The notes: a model not told the origin generated them from the sequence alone. 64,000 bases of DNA from Promethearchaeota archaeon (GCA_048939245.1 JBHLPR010000008.1:420-64419); one strand, 5' to 3'; shown: positions 46,392-56,191, counted from the stretch's first letter. Numbers and translations are program-made.

Positions 46392-47780
46392 TCATGAAGT
46401 GAAGGGAGCAGGAATTGGAAAAATGAAGAGTCGTAGAAGCACATAGCCTGTACTAATGAGGAGAAAGAGCAAAGTAATGATAACTCCAGCCAGCAAAAAT
46501 TGTCCTCTGGGTAGTGGACGATCCTCTTTTTCAGCGATAGAAACCACTAAAACATTAGCTGCACTAGCAATCGGCGTAAGGCACCCTCCTAAGACAGCCC
46601 CCGCTAATAATGCGGTCCAAAGGCCCCCTTCTGGCATTGGTATGGGACCTGTTGTGAGAATTCCTACCACGGGTATGAACGTTAATGTTATTGGAATATT
46701 ATCAATGAATCCACTTGTAAGACCGGTAATCCATACCATCAATGTGGAGGTAATTATGGGGTTACCTAAAGTCAGCAATTGAATTTCATGACCAATAACC
46801 TCTAAAACCTGGAATTCTTCCATCAACCCAACCAAGAAAAAGAGGCCAATGAAAAAGAAGAGAGCCGACCATTCGATTTCTTTTAAGATTTGACCAGGAC
46901 GGAATCCACTTAATACCACGAAAAGTAAAGCACCTCCCAGTGCAACCAGAAAAGTAAGACCTGCAGAACCTAACACAATAAATCCTATGATTATGAGGAT
47001 AAGTAGAATCGTTGTGCGGTAAAATACGACGCGATTTGGCACCATTTCCCATGGATCAAGATCCATTAAATCGTCGATTCGAGCTTTCCTAGGTGTAATT
47101 AGATTCTTGCGGAAAAGTCGAAGAGAAACAAAGAGCATGACAGCTAAGAGCATTAGACCTAAGGGCATCATGTTGATGATAAACCATTGAAAACTATACA
47201 AGGTCGCCCCCGCAACTAGCATCGCAGGGACGCTTGCAATCATGGAGGTTATTCCTCCAACGTTAGCTGCTAAAGCGATGGAAATGAGGAAGGGAGTGGG
47301 ATTTATCTCTAAGGCGTCGCAGGCTAAGAACGTCAGTGTGCCCATTATCAGGATAGTTGTTATTTGTGTAAGAACGGTGGTCATAGCAAAACTCAGTACG
47401 CAAAGAATGACGAGCAACTTTCGGGTATCGCCTTGGGTAAATTTAATGGCTTTTACGGCAATGAATTGAAAAACTCCCGAATCTTTGGAGATTTCTGTGA
47501 TTATCATCATTGAAAGGATGAGGATGAGGGTCGGGAGATCAATCCATTTGTTAAAAAAATACGCGAACACGAACGAGTTGAACACCGGAGGTAACAGGTC
47601 ATAGTTGGCTTCGGGATGCGCGATGATAACTGCTTCGCGCCACAATGGCCAAATTGTCGCCATATAAAAGATGGCGATAGTTGCGCCAATTAGGGCTGCA
47701 GCCGTGTGGTCAATAACATCCATCATTATAAGCAGAAGAATCGCCACAAACAAAATAACAGCAAAAACTGCAGGAAACAT
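46392..47780 (-). CDS. ArsB/NhaD-superfamily (citrate-transporter-like) permease, paralog 2
   Basis: 462 aa, a tandem paralog of 44805-46274 with roughly half the residues identical by eye. It lacks the insertion of about 27 aa near the N-terminus of paralog 1. Confidence 0.65.
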   Translation of the reverse strand: MFPAVFAVILFVAILLLIMMDVIDHTAAALIGATIAIFYMATIWPLWREAVIIAHPEANYDLLPPVFNSFVFAYFFNKWIDLPTLILILSMMIITEISKDSGVFQFIAVKAIKFTQGDTRKLLVILCVLSFAMTTVLTQITTILIMGTLTFLACDALEINPTPFLISIALAANVGGITSMIASVPAMLVAGATLYSFQWFIINMMPLGLMLLAVMLFVSLRLFRKNLITPRKARIDDLMDLDPWEMVPNRVVFYRTTILLILIIIGFIVLGSAGLTFLVALGGALLFVVLSGFRPGQILKEIEWSALFFFIGLFFLVGLMEEFQVLEVIGHEIQLLTLGNPIITSTLMVWITGLTSGFIDNIPITLTFIPVVGILTTGPIPMPEGGLWTALLAGAVLGGCLTPIASAANVLVVSIAEKEDRPLPRGQFLLAGVIITLLFLLISTGYVLLRLFIFPIPAPFTS

Positions 47781-47801
47781 GGTTGAAGACCATCACATCC
47801 G

Positions 47802-48596
47802 TCAGAGTGATTTCACAAATTCGATTATTACTTTGGCAAGTTCCTCAGGTTGTTCGAATTGGATGCTATGATCGGTTTTGTCAATTACTCTTGTGGTGAT
47901 ATTGGAAAGATTTTCTTTGTAGAAATCTTGCCACCGGGGTGGGAAGGTCTTATCCTGTTTCCCACTAATCATGAGTGTGGGTGTTTGGATTTCTTTGACA
48001 CGATCTTGAATATTGAATTTTGCACAGGCGCCTTGTGCACTTCCATGGCTATTCGCAAGGCGTATATTTTCTTTGGCGTAATAAATCAAAAGATCAAGCA
48101 TTTTAGGTGTATTTCGAATTTTATCAGGATCATAGAATTCGAAATCGATAAGTTTCCTTGCCGCTTCTTCGGGTTCAAGCCCGTATGCGAGTTTTCCTAA
48201 TTCGATTTGTGCCAAGGCACCTTCCACATCTACCATAGGAGCGGTAGCAATGAGAATGAGCCCTTTGAGCCGTTCGGGTGCATCTAAAGCGATTTGCTGA
48301 GCGATAAATCCACCCATACTATGACCAGCGACAATACATTGATCGATTTTGAGTTTGTTGAGAAGTGCAAGCATATCGTCTTTGTATATGTCTATCGTGC
48401 TGGGTTCAGTAAGTTCTGTTGATTTACCATGACCCCGTGAATCCGGTAAAATAAGCTGCAGATGCTCCTGTAAATGTGAACGGAGGAAGCCCCAGTTTCT
48501 AATCGATCCACGAACGCCGTGAATGAGAAGAAGAGGTTCTCCTTTCCCATCGATTTCATAATAGAGTCTTACACCATTAACTTCTGCAAATGGCAT
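47802..48596 (-). CDS. Alpha/beta-fold hydrolase
   Basis: Nucleophile elbow GHSMGG, an HG oxyanion motif (LLIHGVRGS) and a C-terminal catalytic His (DKTDHSIQ). The in-frame ATG at 48596 (MPFAEVNGVRLYY) is preferred over the track start at 48779. Confidence 0.8.
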   Translation of the reverse strand: MPFAEVNGVRLYYEIDGKGEPLLLIHGVRGSIRNWGFLRSHLQEHLQLILPDSRGHGKSTELTEPSTIDIYKDDMLALLNKLKIDQCIVAGHSMGGFIAQQIALDAPERLKGLILIATAPMVDVEGALAQIELGKLAYGLEPEEAARKLIDFEFYDPDKIRNTPKMLDLLIYYAKENIRLANSHGSAQGACAKFNIQDRVKEIQTPTLMISGKQDKTFPPRWQDFYKENLSNITTRVIDKTDHSIQFEQPEELAKVIIEFVKSL

Positions 48597-48879
48597 AGCA
48601 CGCACTCTCAAGCATCGAATGTATGATGCTATTGTGCTTTCTTGTAGTTTATTAATAGCACTCTTGTAAAGTGCCACATCGGTAAAAACCATGAAACGGT
48701 GTCCTGAGAAAAGAGGAAACTGATAACAAAGAGGCTTGATTTGAAGCGGAAAATAACATGTCTTTTGCCGAAAAAGCAAACCCTAATAACAGCAGTTTCG
48801 TCATGATTCAAATATAGGGAATCCCAAGAAGAGGTGAAATTAGTCGGGATTCATCTAAATATTAGGGAGGCGCATACTC

Positions 48880-49401
48880 GTGCAAGCGATTTTACTACTT
48901 TCTTGGCCCATTGCTATCATTTTCATTGTAATTATACTTCTTGCAGCCTGTATTGTGTGCGTTGCAGTTCAGGATAGTCGTGATTCGCGACCCCGTAGTT
49001 ATATGCGAACAAGTGCACAAGATCCTTGGCGGCCAGTTGAAGTGCAATCGGACCGAGAACGCTCTTGGGAACCCTCGGAGTACCAAGTGGATGTGTTAGT
49101 GTGTTCGTGTGGAAAATGGAATAACCCAAGCGATACAGTGTGTTGGAACTGTGGCGTATCTCTTGCAGGTGTACAGCCACAGACTTTTACATTTGAAACC
49201 GCGGAAAGGTGTGCGGTGTGTGGCTATTGGGTAGATCCAGGGGACCTAGTTGTGTTATGTCCTTCCTGTCATGCGCAGGGACACCGGGCACACATGTTGG
49301 AATTTCTTAAGGCTAAAGGCGTTTGCCCGGTCTGTAAAATCAGATTGAGTCCGCATCAACTACTCAACACCATTCCGACCATACGGAGTTCTCAAAAATA
49401 A
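48880..49401 (+). CDS. Membrane-anchored zinc-finger protein: RanBP2-like ribbon plus RING/PHD-like cross-brace finger
   Basis: 173 aa with a GTG start. N-terminal TM helix, then CSCGKWNNPSDTVCWNCG (aa 75-91), then CAVC-x12-CPSC-x4-H-x2-H-x10-CPVC (aa 111-152). Confidence 0.55.
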   Translation: MQAILLLSWPIAIIFIVIILLAACIVCVAVQDSRDSRPRSYMRTSAQDPWRPVEVQSDRERSWEPSEYQVDVLVCSCGKWNNPSDTVCWNCGVSLAGVQPQTFTFETAERCAVCGYWVDPGDLVVLCPSCHAQGHRAHMLEFLKAKGVCPVCKIRLSPHQLLNTIPTIRSSQK

Positions 49402-49427
49402 ACAGCCATTGACGACATAGAATCGAA

Positions 49428-50612
49428 CTAGAGAAAAACCATTCTTGGCAACGTGGTGATATTTCGTCCGCCCTTCGATGTTACCACCATGTCATCTTCG
49501 ATTCGGATTCCCCCGACATTCTTATAATAGAGCGCGGGCTCTACCGCAATCACTGCACCAGGTTTTAGCGGATTGGGATGGAGCGAGAGCCAAGGATTTT
49601 CATGAACATTAAGACCAATACCATGCCCCAAAGAATGTAACATCCCTTCTTTAATTCCAGGAGTACGGTTCGCTGATGAATGCCCATCTCGTTCGAAAGA
49701 ATCCGCCATAGCGTTTACAAGGTCTTCAGTAGTGGCCCCTCCCTGCAATGCGTCTGCAACTGCATCCAATGCAGACGCAACAGCTTCGAACAATTCTCGA
49801 ACTTTTTTTGAAACCGAGCCTCGCACGATTGTTCGTGTGATGTCTGCATGATACCGTTCATCTAGCCGCCGAGGAAAGATATCTACAATTATCGGTTCAT
49901 TTGCATAAAGGACATCAGAACGCATTCCGAGATAGTGAAAATCAGCTCCCTTTGATCCTGCAGCGACGATTGATTCTTCACTATTTTCTGCATCATTGTC
50001 AACTAAGGCATGTTCGATAATCCGCTTGATTCGTCCAACAGTTAAGGGTGTTTTTTGGTAATGTAAAATGCGATTAGCGCCGATTTCAGAATTCTGAAGG
50101 ACATCGATAACCTGGTTGAATGTTGCCTCTGTAGCGTTCCTAGCTTGTTCTATAGCCCTAATTTCTGCTTCATCTTTGGTTTCACGAGCTTCTAAAAATA
50201 AATTCTGAACGGGTTTGACATCAATACCAAGTTTCTGTAAATAATGGACGTGTAAAGCATCAATATCGCGAGGAACTCCGACTGTCCCATTTGATGGGAG
50301 AAGATTCTTCACTAAATCCTCTAACATTCGAAGAATGAATTCATCCCGGGATAACTGTTCTTGGATAGCTTTATTGTATGTCGGACTCAGACTATGAAAA
50401 AGGGTAATTGACGAGTACTTTTTGGCGCGTTCACAAACCATATCCGTTGCTGCTAAGATGCCTGGTTTGTTGGGAAGCTTCACAAAGGCAAAGTCATCAA
50501 CTGCAAGAAAACGTGTCATGTAGTAGAGATCAGATTTCATCAGGCTTTTGCCTTGGAGATAGAGGGCGTCAACCTCATAATGCTCCATTAGTCCATCAAC
50601 ATCATCTAGCAT
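49428..50612 (-). CDS. pepQ: M24B family Xaa-Pro dipeptidase / aminopeptidase P
   Basis: 394 aa. A creatinase-like N-domain is followed by the pita-bread domain, with D...DITRT, HSLGHGIGLNVHE, EPALY and IRIEDD metal ligands. Confidence 0.8.
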   Translation of the reverse strand: MLDDVDGLMEHYEVDALYLQGKSLMKSDLYYMTRFLAVDDFAFVKLPNKPGILAATDMVCERAKKYSSITLFHSLSPTYNKAIQEQLSRDEFILRMLEDLVKNLLPSNGTVGVPRDIDALHVHYLQKLGIDVKPVQNLFLEARETKDEAEIRAIEQARNATEATFNQVIDVLQNSEIGANRILHYQKTPLTVGRIKRIIEHALVDNDAENSEESIVAAGSKGADFHYLGMRSDVLYANEPIIVDIFPRRLDERYHADITRTIVRGSVSKKVRELFEAVASALDAVADALQGGATTEDLVNAMADSFERDGHSSANRTPGIKEGMLHSLGHGIGLNVHENPWLSLHPNPLKPGAVIAVEPALYYKNVGGIRIEDDMVVTSKGGRNITTLPRMVFL

Positions 50613-50834
50613 CTAGAATGCCTCCCACTAATTACGAGCGGTTGGCGCTCTGTGTGATTTCCCATCTTAAATCTTCTGATGATTTCATGTTGAGCTTAAG
50701 AATAGGAGTCTGGATTTCTAGTGTAGTAGCGTTTGCATAATACCTAAGTACTCATAGCCAATGCTGAAGTGACCAAAATTCTGGTCACTATTTCACAGAT
50801 AGCATATCTGTAATGACCATAAGAGAATAACATA

Positions 50835-52304
50835 GTGATTGCTTTGAATGACCCAAACGAGCCCTGTGACCTAGACGATGAATCAGCTGCAGCAACCGGG
50901 GACCCAATTACGGGGGATTTAGAACCCGCTCCAGAGGTTCCTCCACCAGAAAGGAAAGAGAAACCAGATCGGGGTTTTTTCTCCAGGTTGAAATCAGTAA
51001 TCAATTATGGGAGCTATTCTGTTTATCTAGTAACCTCGTGGATACTCGGTATTTTTGGCATCATCATGCAAAATTATCTCACCCTTTTTCTTCGGGATTT
51101 TATTCTCCTTTATGTCCCTGGAATTGAATTGGTATATGTGACCATTGGGGCTGTCATTCTGGCCTTCATGGGAATTGAGCTCGTGGCTCGATTTTTTGCT
51201 GGCTATATTGGTGATAATTACAATAGGAAATGGCTTTCAGTGCTCACGATGTTTGTGAGTGGAATAGCTATGTTGATTTTTGCATTTAGTTTCAATCTAC
51301 TTGGCTTAATCATCGGTGTCCTGATTATGGCAGGAGGTTCCCTATTTGGAGCAGGATCAACGAGCTACATTTACGAGCAAATGGAACCAGAAAATAGTGG
51401 CTTAGCCATGGGCATATTCCAGACAAGTAGTGGTTTCGGGCTTATCGGACTGGGGGTAGTGACCTGGTTATTAGCAATGGGAGTGCCCTTCGTTCAAACC
51501 ATTCAGGTTGTATTCTTTGTTGGTGCAATGTGTTATATGGCGGCAACAGTTATCCGTGTCCTTTTCCTTGCCGAACCCCGACCAATCGTTCGTAAGGAAC
51601 AAGAAACCAAGAAATCCCTTGAATTCGTGAAGCAGAATTTCAACGCATTAAAATTACTTTATATTATTTTACCTGTTTTTACAGCAATCTTAATTCTTGA
51701 CGCGCTGAGTGATGGTTTTTATCGATTTAGCACAAATTTGTACCTCAATGAAGCATTAGGATTTTCAATCGGTGAAATTAGCATAATGCTGATTGTGGTT
51801 CTCGCTTTCTCAATACCACTCTCAGTAACAGTAGGAAGCTTCTTTGATCAACGAGGAAGCCGGCGAGCAATCCTTATCGTTTATAGCGTTATGCCGATTA
51901 CCCTCATTTTACTCATCCTTGCCCCAATATTTCCCTATTGGCTCCCTGTAACGATCGCAGGTCCGTTAATCGCTAGCTTCCCTATCACCGAGCCCTTGAT
52001 GAGTACAGCCTTCCTAGCCGTGGCGATGAAAAATATTAATGATATTCTTTGGTGGACTCTTATACTAACATATTTACGAAAGGCAATTCCCCGATCCGAA
52101 ACTGCAAAAATGCTTAGTATTTTCTGGATTGTTGTAAGCATTTCATTCTTGATTACCCCGATTCCGTCAGGTATTATCTATACGCTCTTTGGAGCCATAC
52201 CATTATTAGTAATGGCATTGGTAATCAACTTTGTAATCTTGGGCATCCTCATATTTGCGAATGTGGAACCAAGAGATATTCCTGAAGAGTACCGATATCT
52301 TTGA
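50835..52304 (+). CDS. MFS-type transporter with an acidic/Pro-rich N-terminal tail
   Basis: 489 aa with a GTG start and about 12 TM helices. Motif-A-like loops are present (GYIGDNYNRKW, FFDQRGSRRA). The start position is uncertain. Confidence 0.65.
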   Translation: MIALNDPNEPCDLDDESAAATGDPITGDLEPAPEVPPPERKEKPDRGFFSRLKSVINYGSYSVYLVTSWILGIFGIIMQNYLTLFLRDFILLYVPGIELVYVTIGAVILAFMGIELVARFFAGYIGDNYNRKWLSVLTMFVSGIAMLIFAFSFNLLGLIIGVLIMAGGSLFGAGSTSYIYEQMEPENSGLAMGIFQTSSGFGLIGLGVVTWLLAMGVPFVQTIQVVFFVGAMCYMAATVIRVLFLAEPRPIVRKEQETKKSLEFVKQNFNALKLLYIILPVFTAILILDALSDGFYRFSTNLYLNEALGFSIGEISIMLIVVLAFSIPLSVTVGSFFDQRGSRRAILIVYSVMPITLILLILAPIFPYWLPVTIAGPLIASFPITEPLMSTAFLAVAMKNINDILWWTLILTYLRKAIPRSETAKMLSIFWIVVSISFLITPIPSGIIYTLFGAIPLLVMALVINFVILGILIFANVEPRDIPEEYRYL

Positions 52305-52333
52305 GTAGAATCTGAGGAAGTCTTCCCTGAAGA

Positions 52334-53632
52334 TTAATCATAGGAGTCAGACTCGTGGACAAATGGGAGTAAGAGCGCGGCAATCAGTGTCAGAATGAGG
52401 GCAAGCCCAAAGGTGAAACTCGGGCCGAGTAAGACCCAGAGATATCCAGCAATAAGACTAGCGGGGAGAAGAGCGATGCCGATGAGCATTTGGTATAAAC
52501 CTAACATACTAGCACGAACTTCGATAGGAGAAAGCTCCGAAACCAGTGAAGATTGCATAGGTACGGTGGCTCCAATGCTTACTCCGTAGAAAATTAGAGC
52601 AAATAATACGGTCCAGAAATTAGGTACAAATAGAAAAATTGTGCACATTGTTCCAAAGAAGATGAAGCCAATAAGCATCGTGGGTCTTCGTCCTATACGG
52701 TCGCCTAGTTTGCCTAGAGGAGCTGAGGTGAGTGCAGCGGTCAGGGTGAAAATCAGGTATGCCACAGGAACTCCTAGGTAGGGAGATATTGGAATGACAA
52801 GAAATACTCCAGCATACAAAGTGACTAACGACCAGCTGAACGAAGCTAGTGCAAAGATGATACTGAGTGTTATGAAGATGGCAAGGCTACGATTGATACC
52901 AGAAATACGAAAGACAGGTTTTCCTAATTCCTTTCGATAATCAGAGATTCTAAAAATAACAAGGATTGCACCAATGATTGTTGGGATAGAAGCAAAAACG
53001 AAGAGAAGGCGCAAACTGGTTAGCAAATCATATCCTAGTGCCAGAGTTAACCATGGAACAACGAAGGTAACAAACGCAATAGTAATTAACACACCAACCG
53101 TTGCTCCAATATTATCTAAAGCTCGGAGAATACCAAAGATTTTGCCGCGGGTTTCATGACTCGACACATCAGCTACGATCGCATCACGAGGAGCACCCCG
53201 AAGTTTTCCAGCGCGATCAAGAATTTTGGCAGGGACTAGCCACTGCCAAAGAGGAGTGAAAGCATAAATGATCCGAGATAATGCACCCATTGTATAACCG
53301 GACCAGATGAAGACCTTCCTCTTTTGCACCTTATCCGAAATAAAACCGGAGAAGCCTTTTGAAATGTTCACTACAAAATCCCCAATGCCATCCACTAGCC
53401 CAAGAATCAATGGTGCAAGTCCGGGAGGGGCGATGAGAGCTACAAAAACTGGCCAAATAGAAAAGACTATGTCAGAACCCATATCGTTCAGAAATGAGGC
53501 TGAGCCAAAAGTAGTGATCACACAGCGCTCAGTAGGCATTTCATCACAAGATTCGACATCAGGAACCTGATCGTTTTCCATCCTGGAATCCTCCAAAGGG
53601 AAGTTATCAGTTTTGACACAATTTAAAGCCAT
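52334..53632 (-). CDS. MFS transporter
   Basis: 432 aa with 12 TM helices. Canonical motif A is present in the second half (GKLGDRIGRRPTM), and DKVQKRK in the first half. Confidence 0.75.
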   Translation of the reverse strand: MALNCVKTDNFPLEDSRMENDQVPDVESCDEMPTERCVITTFGSASFLNDMGSDIVFSIWPVFVALIAPPGLAPLILGLVDGIGDFVVNISKGFSGFISDKVQKRKVFIWSGYTMGALSRIIYAFTPLWQWLVPAKILDRAGKLRGAPRDAIVADVSSHETRGKIFGILRALDNIGATVGVLITIAFVTFVVPWLTLALGYDLLTSLRLLFVFASIPTIIGAILVIFRISDYRKELGKPVFRISGINRSLAIFITLSIIFALASFSWSLVTLYAGVFLVIPISPYLGVPVAYLIFTLTAALTSAPLGKLGDRIGRRPTMLIGFIFFGTMCTIFLFVPNFWTVLFALIFYGVSIGATVPMQSSLVSELSPIEVRASMLGLYQMLIGIALLPASLIAGYLWVLLGPSFTFGLALILTLIAALLLPFVHESDSYD

Positions 53633-53640
53633 ATACCTGT

Positions 53641-55497
53641 TCAGATAAATAATGAAGCAGCAAAAGTCTTAGAAAACTCAGGATGCCTGGCCAGATCTAG
53701 GAACTCGACGCTTTTTGCTAGGTCAATAGCTTGACGTCGTTGCGAGACTGAAAGAAGAGCGAGCTGCGCTCCAGTAAGAGCTGAATTTCCAACAAAAGAG
53801 ACATCATCAAGAGAAAGCATAGGTATTAGACCGATTCGTTGGGCATTATCGGTATTTAGATAGGTTCCAAAAGCACCTGCAATGTAGACATAACCTAAAT
53901 CCTCGGGTTCCAGTTGTTGATGTTGGAGGAGAAGTGTAAAACCTGTCTGGATGGCAGCTTTAGCGAGTAGCAATTGTGAGATGTCTTGTTCGGAGAGTGT
54001 TATCGGTGATGACCCCTTTTTAACTGAGCCTTCAGAAAGTGTGATGTACTGGGATTTTCCTTCTTTGGTTATGTAGGGTCTAGCCGCTTGAGTGAAATGC
54101 CCTTTTGATGATAATAACTTGGCTTTAGCCAGTTCGGCGATAGCATCAACCACTCCAGAACCGCAAAGGCCAATCGGATCCTTATCATCGATGGTGGTCA
54201 GATTAAACTGCATTGAGGTTGTGTCGAGACGGATTCTTTCGATGGCTCCACTTACTGCTTTCATTCCGTGTTCAATTTGTGCTCCTTCAAAGGCGGGACC
54301 AGCAGCACAGGAGGTTGCAGAGATCCGTTCTTTGTTTCCTAGGATAACTTCGCTGTTTGTTCCAATGTCAATGAGTAGGCAAGGGGCTCGGGCTTTGTGT
54401 AATTCCGTAGCAAGAATATCTGCAATAGCATCAGCGCCTACGTATCCTGCTATATTGGGAAGTATGTGAATGATACTCTGGGGAGGAAGTCTGAGATTCA
54501 GATAATCAGCAGATACTTCAATGGGACCACGGAAAGGGGGTACAAAAGGTCCATAGGCAAGATGAGTGGTATCTAATCCTAAAAAAAGACTAGTCATCAC
54601 TGTATTGCCGACCACAACCATCTCATAGATTTGTTGAGATGGAATTCGATTACCAACTAACGCGGTCAGTATTTGATTCACACCCTCAATTACAGCTGCC
54701 TGTAATTCATTTCTGGTTTCTTCACTTACGGCAGCATAACTGAGCCGAGTCATGATATCTTCGCCCAAACACAATTGAGGATTTTCAATCCCTTCGGTGG
54801 CGATTAGTTCCCCGGAAACGAGTGAGTACAGACTGCCGACAAGCTTTGATGTTCCGATATCCAAAGCAACCCCATAGATGCTCTCTCTAGCATCTCCCGC
54901 ACGAATATCAAGAAGTTGTATTCGGTTCCGAATAACAAGGGTCACCTCACCTCTTGCTTTTCGTAGAGCCTGCGGTGTTTTCTTAATCACCGGGAGCGGG
55001 TATTCCCAACGGCTGGTAGATTTGAAGCGTGGATTCTGGGATATAATAGAAAGAACACGTTCGGTATCCGGGCAAGGGTTGTCTGGGTCAACTCCTGGGA
55101 CCTGAAGAAGAAGGGATTGTAACGCTGAGTTGAGCTTCATATGACGGTGGATGCCCTTTAATTGAAGGCGGCGCCGTGATACCCGTGTAGCTGTGGGAAT
55201 CGTAACCACTAAATCCTTTTTTCCATTAACGCGAGCTTGACAGGCAAGGCGAAATCCCGCACCACGCTGCTTATTAGAGAGAAGAGATTTTTCAGCGGAA
55301 GTTAATGAAAATAAGCCAGAGAAGGGTTCAACATGAACGCGGCATTTCCCACAAGAACCTTCGCCTCCACATTCACTTCGTAATTGTAAACCGATACGAC
55401 GGGCAACACTGTCAATGGTTTCACCCTGATTAGCCGTAGTTCGCCGCCCATCTGGTTCAAAGAGAATTTGCACATCAGCCAAGATTCTGCACTCCAT
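53641..55497 (-). CDS. 2Fe-2S ferredoxin + ASKHA ATPase protein (DUF4445 / RACo-like corrinoid reductive activase)
   Basis: 618 aa. N-terminal plant-type ferredoxin ligands CGGEGSCGKCRV ... LACQ. The ASKHA phosphate loops are ALDIGTSKL and LIDIGTNSE. The C-terminal region is typical of DUF4445. Confidence 0.8.
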   Translation of the reverse strand: MECRILADVQILFEPDGRRTTANQGETIDSVARRIGLQLRSECGGEGSCGKCRVHVEPFSGLFSLTSAEKSLLSNKQRGAGFRLACQARVNGKKDLVVTIPTATRVSRRRLQLKGIHRHMKLNSALQSLLLQVPGVDPDNPCPDTERVLSIISQNPRFKSTSRWEYPLPVIKKTPQALRKARGEVTLVIRNRIQLLDIRAGDARESIYGVALDIGTSKLVGSLYSLVSGELIATEGIENPQLCLGEDIMTRLSYAAVSEETRNELQAAVIEGVNQILTALVGNRIPSQQIYEMVVVGNTVMTSLFLGLDTTHLAYGPFVPPFRGPIEVSADYLNLRLPPQSIIHILPNIAGYVGADAIADILATELHKARAPCLLIDIGTNSEVILGNKERISATSCAAGPAFEGAQIEHGMKAVSGAIERIRLDTTSMQFNLTTIDDKDPIGLCGSGVVDAIAELAKAKLLSSKGHFTQAARPYITKEGKSQYITLSEGSVKKGSSPITLSEQDISQLLLAKAAIQTGFTLLLQHQQLEPEDLGYVYIAGAFGTYLNTDNAQRIGLIPMLSLDDVSFVGNSALTGAQLALLSVSQRRQAIDLAKSVEFLDLARHPEFSKTFAASLFI

Positions 55498-55610
55498 TCA
55501 GCTATTTATCTGAGGTTGGTAGTTTTTATGCACTATTCAACCAACGAAATTTTAAACCGTTGCGTGTATGGTATCATTGTAGATTATTAAGGGAAAAGCC
55601 CATACAGTAA

Positions 55611-55883
55611 ATGGTCTTTACCCTTGAGGTGATAATTAGCTTGGCAGAATCTCCTCCCCCTGGACCTCCACCACCACAAACTCCTCCACCACAACCCCCA
55701 GCAGAACCGAAACCTGAAGAAAAACCCCTCGCCCCTGATCAGTGCCCTCGCTGTCGAAGTGATGCAACAACCATTTTACGAAAAGTTCCCATAGCTTATG
55801 GCCATGAGATCACACGAAAATGCGATAAATGTGGGAACATCTGGAAGTATACTTCTAAATTTGGCGCTGGCGCCTGGCCCTAA
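55611..55883 (+). CDS. Small protein with a poly-proline N-terminus and a C-terminal zinc ribbon
   Basis: 90 aa. PPPGPPPPQTPPPQPPAEPKPEEKP is followed by CPRC ... x27 ... CDKC. Confidence 0.4.
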   Translation: MVFTLEVIISLAESPPPGPPPPQTPPPQPPAEPKPEEKPLAPDQCPRCRSDATTILRKVPIAYGHEITRKCDKCGNIWKYTSKFGAGAWP

Positions 55884-55999
55884 AGTCATCTTTAGCCATC
55901 AAAGGATTCTTGAGGGAACTATTCAGGATGTGTTAAATTAGTTTTAAGAAGTATTACCCAAAGACTGGAACCTGGAGTCTGAATATGCCCATGGCTAAG

Positions 56000-56191
56000 T
56001 TAAGCCTTCTCAAAGCCATAACAGGAGGATTTGTCTAAAAGGAGTAAATAATTGGTTTCCCCAGTTTTGGCAAACGGATTTTTACCTGTGCAAACGCCAA
56101 CCTTTCGATCATAATGCTTACAATCAAGACATATCGACTTGATGGACATTTCATCAGGCAGAATTTTGATAGTCATATCACAAGTCACCAT
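56000..56191 (-). CDS. Small Cys-containing hypothetical protein
   Basis: 63-aa ORF containing CLDCKHYDRKVGVC. No family recognised. Confidence 0.3.
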   Translation of the reverse strand: MVTCDMTIKILPDEMSIKSICLDCKHYDRKVGVCTGKNPFAKTGETNYLLLLDKSSCYGFEKA

